Source: Felis catus
Lineage: Eukaryota
Length of the DNA: 64,000 nt
Direction: 5' to 3'
NCBI RefSeq assembly: GCF_018350175.1
Contig: NC_058368.1
Location: forward strand, 178,872,001-178,936,000
Under the pieces are notes generated by a model that did not search any database, was not told the DNA's origin, and saw nothing but the letters and a program-made list of their open reading frames with translations. Numbering within the stretch: the first letter of the stretch is position 1; each line of letters starts with the position of its first letter. Shown piece after piece: positions 25,596-36,412 of this stretch. The position numbers and the translations under genes were made by a program.

Positions 25596-25771
25596 TAGTG
25601 GTTTTCAACTAGGGCAATCTGTCATAATTGGAGGAGAGGGGAGGTTGCTAGTGACATCTATTGCATAAAGGCTAGGAATGCTGCTAAACACCCTACAATA
25701 TACAGGCCAGCCCCAACAACAAAGAATGATCCAGCTCAAAATGCCACCAGTGCTGAAGTTGAGAAACTCTG
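25596..25771 (+). mobile_element. MER20 (hAT-Charlie), internally deleted
   Basis: tagtggttttcaactagggcaat...gctgctaaacaccctacaat...aacaaagaatgatccagctcaaaatg...gttgagaaactctg. Confidence 0.85.
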
Positions 25772-26648
25772 ATCTGAAGAGAGATATATGTTATGAAGCC
25801 AGATGACAGGTGCAAAATGAGTGCTATAAGTAAAGCTTTCTCTAGGCTTTTAAGAAGTGGAAATGACCTTTGTGGGTAGGGATGTTTAGGGAAAATTTCA
25901 CAGAGTATGTGGGGCTTGAGGAACTACATGACTGAAAGGGATTAAGCTAAAAATGGGAAAGGACATCTTAGATCTATAGAAAATACATTTCATTTTATAA
26001 TTTGATTAATTTGATTGATCGGGAGTAACTGCCTAAAAGAGCTGTGTGGGGAATGATTCTAAGGCCAAGTCCTAGCTCAGCAGGAAAGAGTGTTGATTGA
26101 TTAGTGATGTCTGCTATAGGCAAGGGAGGGGGAGGGATAGTGGAGATGCTGCGAAATTGCTGTCCCACTTTTGTATGTGGAACAGGATGAGGAAAGACAC
26201 AGAGGTGGAAATGAGCAAAGTGTTTTGGTATAGCTGAAGTTCACAGAGGGAGATCACGAGAGAGACTAGGAGGGACAGACTGGAAGGGCCTTGAATGCCA
26301 GGTTGAGAGCTTTGAGCCTCAATCTGCAGGTAATGGGACGCCACACAGGCACCTGCCTACTGGGTTGCCTTCAGGACAGCTCTGCTGACAAGGTCTTGAG
26401 AATGAAAGACAGCTGCCCAAAGTCCTTGCTCTTCACTTCTATAAAGAGAGTACTATTTCATCTGTTAACAGTAAAAACTGGCAGAATCATTATGCTTGGG
26501 CTTTTATGAAGCTGATTCCAATGATGAAAAAAATCCTATGAAGCTGAACTCAGAGATAACTGTTTGAAAAGCTGACTCCAAGTGTTCACATTAATGAGCT
26601 CCCGTAAAGCCCTTTTGGATAGAGCATTCCTTCTGATGTCGTATGTGC

Positions 26649-26676
26649 AAAAAAAAAAAAAAAAAAAAAAAAAAAA
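26649..26676. repeat. poly(A) run
   Basis: Uninterrupted A tract of about 28 nt. Confidence 0.95.
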
Positions 26677-26959
26677 GCCTCAAGGAGGAGGGGGCAGAAT
26701 GGTGGCAGAATGGTGGAAGACCATTTCTGGGGCTCATCTGCCACTGACCTTCTGGTAAGGACACTACACTGCCCACTGATGATGTGCTTCCCATCAGCCC
26801 CCAGATCCCCGACCCACTGGCTCCATAGGCTGTTTCCTCTCTGCCCTGGGAATGATACCTCATTGATTTATTGGTTTGCGATTTTCCAAATGACATCATA
26901 CTCCATTTTTTTCATTCTTTCCTTTTGCTCACCTCCCTCCTCTTAAATTCCCATTTGTC

Positions 26960-27392
26960 CCACTTCTACTTCCCTGTCCTTTGGAATGGTAACAACACCT
27001 TCCAATTACTCCTCTGCAGTCCGCATTAGCTGCCTGCTGACTCCTTCTCCCTGTCATCGTTAATAAAGGTGACACTGCAGCTTGGCGTGAGTGCAGGTCC
27101 GCCTCCCACCTGCCCCACCCTCCCCTCTCTTGGACCAGAAGACTCCCTAACCACACAGCCCCTGCCTTTGACACTTTCTTCCTGTACCCAGCTCCCTTCC
27201 CTGTGTTCTAATCCACACTCAATTAAAGAAAGATCAAGTGACACAATAAAAATGCCATCCAGAGAGCTGGCCTGGTAATGCCCAGATATCAGATCAACTT
27301 ACTACAACCCCGTATCTACTAATTCTATCTAGAAAAAAAAAAAGATGTCATAGTTGTCTGGACGGATTTGTTTTTGAAAACCCCTGCTGACT
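26960..27392 (-). mobile_element. Ancient CR1/L3 LINE, reverse-transcriptase-domain fossil
   Basis: Minus strand gives, in order and across frameshifts, SQQGF / KNKSVQT / LVD.G..VDLI / CGLE...WVQ...KGR..VV / FINDD.EKES / AD / LEGVVTIPKDR. This is collinear with the CR1 RT motifs SQHGF.KNKSCQTNL, LVD.G..VD.IYLD, GLD...WI.NWL.GR.QRVV, FINDLD, FADD and LGG.V...EDR. Confidence 0.75.
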
Positions 27393-28169
27393 CTTTTGCC
27401 CCGGCAGGCCTGGAGAAATCCTAGCAAAAGTCTAATCAAAGTTAAAGCTTAGAATTGGAGAGATGATAGGGAGGGTGCTCCTTGGGAGTCCTTGCAAGCC
27501 AGTGTCCTTGCAGCACAAGGGGAAAGCTATGGACCAGGGAGATTAGGTGGCTTCCCCATGGTCACACAGCGGCCGTCAGTGGTAGAGCGGGTGCTAGAAT
27601 GCAGCTGTTCTGAGCACAGTGTTAAATCGACTATACCATTCTCTACCAAGTCTAAATGCTGGCCCCTGGCCTCCAAGATCCCCGCAAACAAAATGACTGT
27701 TATTTTCCTATCTCAGCCAAGGGGTTGCCCTGATACCTAGAATAAATGGACCTCCACTAATAATGAAGGCTGATGTTTGATGTGCACATGCTTTATCTCC
27801 CTCACCACGTAGGTTTCCAGATTTGGGGAAGAACAAGCCATTGAGCACTAATTTCATCTTTCAAAAAAAATTGAATGGGCGCCTCTATTACCACTATTCA
27901 TTCCCACTTTGATTGATTATGTTCTGTGCCCAGCATCCAAATCTGGCTAAGAACATCAAATTAAAAACCAAACGATTGATCACTGAAGTCACTCTGCGTA
28001 ATGAAAATGGTCTGAATGTGCCTCAGGGCAGGAACAGGGTGGGATGTGGGAGGCTTTGCTTACAACACTTTGCTCTGAGATCCTCAAACTGGCAGTGCGC
28101 AGGACTCACACAGTGCACAGAAATGCTTTGGTTGGCATGGTATTGTTGTTGTTGTTGTTGTTGTTTTTA

Positions 28170-28420
28170 ACATTTGACTTGTGTGTCAACTATATTCAAA
28201 CAAAAAACTAAAAACTAAAAAATAAAACATTTGACTTTTTGTCAACATTTAAAAGACAGAAGCTATTCCATAAAGTTTTGAATTTTCAGCTTCTCTTGGA
28301 CACTTACTTGGAAGATCCAGAGATAGCATTCTGCGTTCCCATATGGCAGCACTGGGAGCTACCTCCAGAAGTGGACAGGGCCTATGGAGGTTGGATATGT
28401 ACTTGCCAGGCATCCGAGGC
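28170..28420 (-). mobile_element. MER102-like fragment
   Basis: ttgtcaacatttaaaa...ccataaag...cagcttctcttgga...gaagatc resembles the reverse of the element at 53716. Confidence 0.45.
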
Positions 28421-29764
28421 CTGGCCTTATTCTTGGGTGACATACTTGTCTTAGCACTGAAGTCCTCTGTCCCAGGAAACCCCTCAGCCCCTGGCAAACC
28501 AGGATAACTGGTCACTCTACCTAGTTCTTCTTGTACATACTTGCCTGGTCCCTGTGGGCATGTGCACATATGGCATTTTCCCCATGGCCTCTTCCCCATG
28601 GCTCCCTTCAAGCCCACATGGTTCCCCAGAATGACATTCAAGGCTGCCCAGCATCTGAATCCTGCTTCTCCTCACTTCCCCAACCTACCTGCCATCTATT
28701 CCAAACTTCTCTTCATTCTCTTGGCATCTGCATAAGCTAAGGATGCCTTCTTTTACACAATTCCTTTTTCAAGACCCATGCAAGTGACATTCCCTCCTCC
28801 AGGAAGTCTTCTATGATTCCACCTGATGCTCTTCTGCCCCAGACAGACCTAGGTACACCCTCCCTCTGCTACAATCATTCTTTCTCCTTCTGTTGTATGC
28901 ATCACCATTAACACAGCATCAAGTGAGTAGACTGTGGTGGTGGTCGTCCTAAAGACACAGAGGGAGTCAGAATTTTGATAAAGTTTTAAAAAAAGTAAAA
29001 ATTGTAAAACTTAATTAGAAGTCCCGGTATCTCTGTGAGTTTTGTATGATTCACCAAAATGAAAACTGAACACCACCCCACAGGAACCTGTCCCTACCCC
29101 ATGACAATATTTAGCATTCCATAGTCTAAGAACATCTGGGTCTCCTGAACACTGACATCCAACTCTCCTTCTACGTATAACATGGAATATTAATTACATG
29201 CCCTCCTGTGTTCTCTGCTAGCCCTGGAGGTACTCAAGGTCAGGAACCTTCTTCCATATCCTGTATCTTCAATGCCCGGCTCATGGAAAGTGCTCAGTAA
29301 AAGGTTTTCCAAGTGAGTGAGTGAGTGAGTGAGTGAACCTCCATCAAAGGGTCCAGGGGGACTGTCTCATTTGCTATGATTTTAAAGAAAAAAGGTTCTT
29401 CTTAACTGTCCCATTGACCACAGGACCTCTGTTTCTTAGCTGGCTTCCCTGAATCACATTATGAGCTAGAACAATCAATCTATGATTAGGGTCAAGCCAT
29501 CATTCTTTTGGACATTTATCATGAGATCATAAGATTACAAAGTGTTGGTAGCTTTAGAGTCTTTTCTTATAAATAAAGAGAATTCCAGAAGTCCAACTTC
29601 CTACTGGACATTTCCCCTGGGACACCCCATTGGCAGCTCATCATAAACATGTCAACATCATCCTTCCCTCTCAGGCCTCTCTCCCTCCTCCCTATGTTTT
29701 CCTTCTTAGAATCATCCTCAGCTTAAGACAACAGCCTAGCCATAGACTTTGATTCTGATCACGC

Positions 29765-29788
29765 TCTTTCTCTCTCCCTTTCCTCTCT

Positions 29789-29836
<48 letters not shown>
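29765..29836. repeat. (CT)n microsatellite
   Basis: Directly visible. Confidence 0.95.
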
Positions 29837-29840
<4 letters not shown>

Positions 29841-30305
29841 AAATCACCTAGGCCTGGGGATTTAGAAATTTATCTTGAATGTGTTTGTTCTTTGCCCCCA
29901 CTCTCACTGCCCTGATTGAAGTTACCATCATTGCCACCTGGCTTACTGCAACGACCTCCTAAGTGGACCCTGCCTCCAGCCCTGCCCCTTCTCATCTCCA
30001 TATTGCAGACAGAGTGTGGTCTTACTAAACTGGAAATGAGACTGACTCTCACTCCTGCTTAAAATCTTCCCTGGATCCCACTGACTCAGGGTAAAAATCG
30101 AAACTTCTTAGCACAGGATGCAATTCTCTGCATGATCTGGTCCCTTTCCAACTTGATTTCTTCCACTCTTCCTACCTGCTTCTTTAAACTCTACCATCAG
30201 GCAACACAGAATTGCTGTCCAACTCACTTATCCAGGTCATAGTCCTCTCATCTCTGACAGCCTGACACATGGTGTTTCCAGCCTCAACACATCAACATGC
30301 GCGAA

Positions 30306-30306
<1 letters not shown>

Positions 30307-30356
<50 letters not shown>
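30307..30356. repeat. (GC)n(AC)n compound microsatellite
   Basis: gtgcgcgcgcgcacacac... Confidence 0.95.
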
Positions 30357-30358
<2 letters not shown>

Positions 30359-32021
30359 TTAAACAATTTGCCTCATCACCTCTATTGAGCTTCAGGTTTC
30401 ATATTTGAGATCACTTCCTCCACTAAGTGTTCTGGGAGTCTCTCCACCCCATGCTGAGTTGGGGGTCCTTCTCTGAGCTCTCATGCCCCCAGAATCATCA
30501 CTTTGGTGGCACTGATCACAGTTTTCAGGACCCCTAACCTTATCTGTCTATCTTTGCTATAGGACTGTGAGGGCAGACACTGGATTAGTATCCTACTTTC
30601 TTATCTCTTCATCTACAATATAGTTCCTGGCACATAGTAGGTACTCAACAAATATTTGATCAATGAATGGCTATATGGTCTCAGATGGAAGAATAAATGG
30701 GGCACAGGTACCTAAAGGGCATGTGCTAATTTGGGTCTGCTTTGAGGAGACACACAGATTGTTACAGGGCTCTCTTCTAATCAAATAGCTTCCTCAAGGG
30801 AATTAGAATAAAGTCTGGTTTGTCATGGAATGTAACTTCCTCACTGTGTAATGGCTTAAGCCTGAGTGGGAAGGGCAATGGATTTTGGAATACTGGACAT
30901 TCTTTCCAGCCTCATATCCCATGGACACAGTAGGAAACAACACTAGGCCCAGAATTAGCAGACCTGGATCTCGGCTCCAGTCCTGCCACTTGATTCCTGT
31001 GTGCCCCAGGGAGGTTGCTTGCTCTCTCTGTCTTCACCTATAAAACAAAGGTATGGAACCAGCTCCTTTGACTCTGAATGTGGTCACTTGTGGTTATCCA
31101 TAGCTGAATTTGCATCCTGATTCCCAAATTCCTAGCTGTGTAGGCCTCTGTAAGTAATGCTGACTTTGTGGGGCTGTTATATAGATTAAATATGATTACA
31201 TTCATAAGGGGATAATGCAGTAGTGCTTACAGAATATTCATTAAATGGTTACAATTAGGAGTATAGGCATATCACATGGTTAATTTTTTAATGGTTATAG
31301 GATAAAGCTACACAGAAATAGCTAAGATTTAAGCTCTTCAACTCTGAGTCATGTCAACCCCCTCCCAAAAAAAATATTGATTGTACATATTTGCAGCCCT
31401 CTGTATCTTTAAAACAAAGCATCCAATAAAACTGACATTATGTCACAATTAAGACAATAAATGTTAATTGTACTGAATCAAGCCACTAATTTTGCTCCTA
31501 CTATAATGGAATTATATATTTCATTTTGGAATTTTAAAGCCCTTACAACTTCAAAGCATCATCTGTCGCATGCTATCATTTCAACATTGGCAGGATATTG
31601 TTGTAAAGGAAAACTTCCCTGCTCTTGTGATGTCAGATGATGTTCCCCAGGGCATCCACCCCCTTCCCTCAGGTCTCATTTAGTGTCCAAGGTTCCAGCT
31701 GGTGGCACAGCATGAAGATGCCTTTCCAATGAATACCCTGTGTTCCTGGAATCCTTCTCTGGTCCAGGACCCATGTGGATTATCACTTTCACAGCTGGTT
31801 AGAACAAGGAGAGGCCTGAATTCTATCTAGTCCTAACTTTGCCATCAAGGAGTTGGGTAATCTTGGGTGAGTATCTTAACCTATAGAGGCCCCATCTGGA
31901 AAACAGTAAAGAGGCGTATGGCTTCAAATTCCGAAGGTGTATTATTGATATGTGAAATTAGAGAGATTGCAGAAGTAGGTCCCTTCCTTTCTCATTCCTT
32001 GGATGAGGCTGGGCTGGGAAG

Positions 32022-32140
32022 TTGTGGTTACCAAACTTTGCTACACATTAGAATTACCTGGTAACCCAATTCCCCAGGCATCAGGACTTTTAATGCTCCC
32101 TGGGTAATTTCTGATGTGCAGCAACCTTGGAGAACCTCTG
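32022..32140. mobile_element. MER5-family remnant, internally deleted
   Basis: gtggttaccaaacttt...cacattagaattacctgg...ctgatgtgcagc...ggagaacctctg. Confidence 0.65.
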
Positions 32141-32305
32141 GTCCTAGGGAGTCAATATAGCTCAATAAAAAATGAGGCAGGCTTCCCTGACTCCAGACTG
32201 GCCACTGGTCATAAATAAGCTACTCGATCCCTACAAGCCTACTCTTCCTTACTTCTGAACTCATAAGGTTTTTGCAATCAATAGGTGAGATAATGCACAG
32301 GCACC

Positions 32306-32472
32306 TAGTGCTACTCAAAGCATGGTTCATTGACCAGCAGCACCAGGGTCACCTGGGAACTCATTGGAAATGAAGAATCTCAGGACCCCATCCAGACTTG
32401 ATGAATCAAAATCTGATTCTCAAAAAATTCCCATGTAGGCAGCTCTCAAATATTGAAGTTTGAGAAACACTG
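32306..32472 (+). mobile_element. MER5A1-like DNA transposon
   Basis: Terminal inverted repeats tagtgctactcaaa / tttgagaaacactg; internal accagcagcacc...cacctgggaac...gaatctcagg. Confidence 0.85.
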
Positions 32473-33663
32473 CTCTAATACTCAGTTCAATAAAATGTAC
32501 CTTGTGTAACTTTCTCATCAGCCCTCTGCTTTCATTCATTAGCCATTCATCAACACTTGCACAGCACGTGTGAGGCCAGATGCTGGGCCCCTAGCATAGT
32601 GACTGGCTCATAGCAGGGCTTCAAGAGATGTTTGGCCATTTCATGAATGGATACAAAAGGGAATTGGACCTGCTTCCTACTCTCCAGGAAGCTCATGGTC
32701 TATGAGGAAAATCAAGACATGAACTCGCATACCTGGAACAGAGCAATAGTTACGAATGATGAAGGCTCCCCTTTATTTGTATACTTGCCACATGGCAGAT
32801 ATAATGCTAAGCAATTTAGGTACACAATCTCTTTGAATTCTCAAAACAATCTTAAGGATAAACACCATTATCACCTGCCTTTTGCAAATGAGGGAACTTT
32901 GGCACAGAGGAGAAAAGTAGCTTGTCCAGAGCTACACCCGATGAGGAGGTGGCACTGACAAGGTTTGAAGTCAGCGCAGCCCCAGCCTGTTCATTCTGCA
33001 GCACTGCCACTGTGAGATGAAGCACCAGAGACAATTTCTGGCTTAATAACTTTGACTACAGCCTGTTCAAGGGCAGCCCCATCCCCAGGTGCTGTGGGAT
33101 ACGCAGCAGGAAGCCCTGCAGGCAGAGATGCTGCCAGGTTTCTATCGCAGCAGAAGAGCCGGCCAGAGGGCCGAGAGCTCCTGCAGGCTGCTTGTCAGAC
33201 ACAGTCCACCACATCTAGCTGTCCCTCTCCCTTGGCCTCTCTATGCTGCTTGGATATTTTACTTGCAAACACATTTGGCAGTTGATGCCAGCCTCTCAAT
33301 GACAAGTCCAAGGAACAGAAAGAAAACTCCTTATCAGAGCTTGGGTATAAAAGCAAATAAACTTTCTGAAAATCACATGATGAGTTGCAGGGTCTCAAAG
33401 CAGGGGTCCTGAGCTCTAGGCTCATGAGAAGTTGTGAAAAAGGACAGGTCTGTGATCACCAGGGATAAAGGGTATAATGTAATTCCTCTGGGTCTTCCTC
33501 ACCAAATAGAGTTCCCAAGAATCTGCGTCTAAATCAGGTTTGGCATAGTAATTAATTGAAATATTTATTTGTGCTTCAACCTTCCCATAATTTCCCTTCC
33601 CTCTCCCTCCCTTCTCCCTGCCATTTCCATAAGGGTGTCCAGGGATTTTGCTCCCTCTCTTTG

Positions 33664-33840
33664 CAGGGGCATTCTCAGTATGAACCGGCAGCATCAGTTT
33701 CACCGGGAACCTTGTTCGAAACACACATTCTCAGGTCCCACCCCAGACCTGCCGAATCAGAACCTCAAGAGCAGGCCCAGTGATCTCTGTTTAACAGGCC
33801 CACTAAGGGGCTCTGATGGGTCTAACATTCAAGAACCACT
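33664..33840 (+). mobile_element. MER5A
   Basis: ggcagcatcag...cattctcaggtcccaccccagacctgccgaatcagaac...ggcccagtgatctctgtttaacag...agaaccact(g). Confidence 0.85.
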
Positions 33841-33841
33841 T

Positions 33842-34069
33842 GGGGCGCCTGGGTGGCTCAGTCAGTTAAGCATCTGACTTTGGCTAAGGTCATGATCTCA
33901 TGGTTTGTGAGTTCGAGCCCTGTGTCGGGCTCTGCGCTGACAGCTGAGCCTGGAGCCTGCTTCAGATTCTGCCTCCCTCTCTCTCTATCCCTCCCTGACT
34001 GGTGCTCTGTCTCTCTGTCTCTAAAAAATAAATACATGTAAAAAAATAATATAAAAATTTTTTAAAAAA
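33842..34069 (+). mobile_element. Can-SINE (SINEC_Fc type) inserted in the end of a MER5A
   Basis: GGGGCGCCTGGGTGGCTCAG head. TSD aagaaccact at 33831-33840 and 34070-34079. Confidence 0.96.
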
Positions 34070-34646
34070 AAGAACCACTGCCTTGGACAGTTTTGAGGGC
34101 AAAGCAGCTTCATTGAGCAACTGAGGCCAGTAAGAAGGAAGGGGGACACAAGACACAAAGAGGGACAAGAAGACAGAAACTGAGGGGGGAAACAAAAGGA
34201 TGAAAAGAGATTCCTAAGACTAGCAGGGGTGGTGGTGGGTTGAGATTCTAAGTACCACAGATCAGTAACTCCTGCATGCCTGAGGGGACTGTGCCTCTAG
34301 GATGGCCCCAGCAGTACTGAACTAGCAAACTTTCATATCCCTTAGGGATATGCACGATCCTTTATGGCTAACTCAGCAGTGACTAGAGTGTACGTAAGAC
34401 TAGAGGGATCTCCATGAGTGCTCAGCTGGGCATAAGACCCTAAGGACTTCTCTATGACCCTCTGGGTAGGGAAGAGGAAGCTGAGATTGAGTCTGCAAAT
34501 GCTGGCTGAGTCAGGCCAGGGCTGCTCCAGGTGAGATTTAATTTCATTTAGAGAAAGTCAAGGATTTATCATCTTGTATCTCACAACAGTTCATGGATGT
34601 AAATTTCTACCCACAACACCTGGGTGACTTTCAAGAGGCACTTTTC

Positions 34647-34875
34647 TTTTTTTTTTTTTTTAATTTTTTTTTCAACGTTTATTTATTTTTGGGACAGAGA
34701 GAGACAGAGCATGAACGGGCGAGGGGCAGAGAGAGAGGGAGACACAGAATCGGAACCAGGCTCCAGGCTCTGAGCCATCAGCCCAGAGCCCGACGCGGGG
34801 CTTGAACTCACGGACCGCGAGATCGTGACCTGGCTGAAGTCGGACGCTTAACCAACTGTGCCACCCAGGCGCCCC
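34647..34875 (-). mobile_element. Young Can-SINE (SINEC_Fc type)
   Basis: Many intact CpGs and a long clean T tract. TSD aagaggcacttttc at 34633-34646 and 34876-34889. Confidence 0.97.
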
Positions 34876-35539
34876 AAGAGGCACTTTTCCAAGAACATTC
34901 TTCGTCCTTCCCAAACTTTCTTTAGGTAAAGGCAACAGTGCCTTATGAACACAGAACACAGGGGTGGGGAGGTTTGATCCCCAGTACAGATTTCCCAGAG
35001 GCATCCAGTGGAAATCCAGGAACACAGACTGGGACCAGAGACAGCCCAAAGGACCACTTATGCCCTTCTCATTTCTAAGGAGGAGAAACAGCAGGTTCTC
35101 CAGACCATATCTGGACAATGTCCCTCCCATTACTTGGATTCTTCTTGGTGAATAGTTTTTCTCCAGACCCTCATTTTAACCATCAAAACATCAATTCTCA
35201 CAATCTTGGGTTTAGTCCAGATAGAGCTGAGAGGTTAACATCCTTCCACCTCCTAGCCTATGCCTGGCTGGGTGATGGTTGCAGAGCACCATCCAGGCGA
35301 GTACAGGTGCTAAAGCTTTCTCTCTTCTGGGCAATAAGAATTCTGCCTCACCTTGAGTCTGGCCTTAATGTCCTGTCTCCTCACTCTGACTTCTACCTTG
35401 ATGTCCACCATCCACCATCTCAGCAGGTAGTGCTTTTCTTCTGCTTTCAACTCTTAACCTACTTCTTTCTCTCTCTAATGATGAAAAAAAAAAACCATTT
35501 CCTACCTTCAAGGGCAGTATTTTCTAATATGTCATCTTA

Positions 35540-36412
35540 AGCAATAGGCATTAAGTTCCTGAAAGTCAAGGATCATGTCCTACATACATTTTGTATTGCA
35601 CCCACTCCAGTGCCTGACACAAGTTAGGTTTCTAGTGAATGTTTACAGAATGACTCTGTAGACACTACCTGTTTGATAACTCCAGGTGAACATTTTACAA
35701 GTATCCTAAACTCAAGATGTTCCATTTAAATTTTTGATTTTCACCTCTTCACTTAACTTCAAATCTAATCCTCTTTCTGATAGAGGTAATAGCATCTCTG
35801 TCTTCCCAGTTGCCTATATAGAAAGATTCAGGCATCTTTGAGACTTTAATTTCCTGGCCACATCTAACTGTTGACCAAGTCCTTTCCAGTTCTATGTACA
35901 AAATATGGCTGGACTTTCTCCATTTCTGTCTACCACAGTTCAGTCCACCACCATATCTCCCTAGCACTATAGCAATAGCCTCCTAACTAGTATGTGATTC
36001 CAATCTTGCTTTCTCCCATCCAGGGAATAACCAGAGTTGATTTTTAAAAAAATCTGAGTCTCATTGTTCATGTTTCTACTTGGCCAGAATTAAACCTGAA
36101 GTCTTTCCTTTGGTTTCATCTCCCACTACTCTGTTCAGACACAGTGTCTTTCTTTAAGTTGGACAAGTTAGTTGGTTCTAACAGGTTTCTCATTTTATTC
36201 CTCTTACAAAAACTTTATATTTTTCCTTCTAAGCAATTGTCACAATTCTTAACTAGATATTTATTTATGCATTGACATGTTTAGTGCTTGTTTCCTTTCC
36301 TAGGTGGAGCTCCTCAAGGGCACAGACAATGTCTGCCTAGTTCACCAATGTGTTCCTAGCATCTAACACAGTGCCTGAATATAAGAGGTACATAATTAAT
36401 ATTTTTTAATGA
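35540..36412 (+). mobile_element. L2 fragments
   Basis: gcaatagcctcctaact...gagctcctcaagggcacagac...gttcacc...ctagcatctaacacagtgcctg. Confidence 0.75.

Larger units (their letters stand above)
29585..30670 (+). mobile_element. L2, carrying (CT)n and (GC)n(AC)n microsatellites
   Basis: tccaacttcctactggacattt...ctcactcctgcttaaaatcttcc...cctggcacatagtaggtactcaacaaatatttg...aatgaatg. Confidence 0.85.

Noticed and set aside
26649..26676. Poly(A) run as a possible retrocopy tail
   Set aside because: No flanking TSD and no upstream retro-sequence recognised.
34672..35130. 152-aa ORF and similar GAPGWLS-type ORFs elsewhere
   Set aside because: These are translations through Can-SINE sequence.
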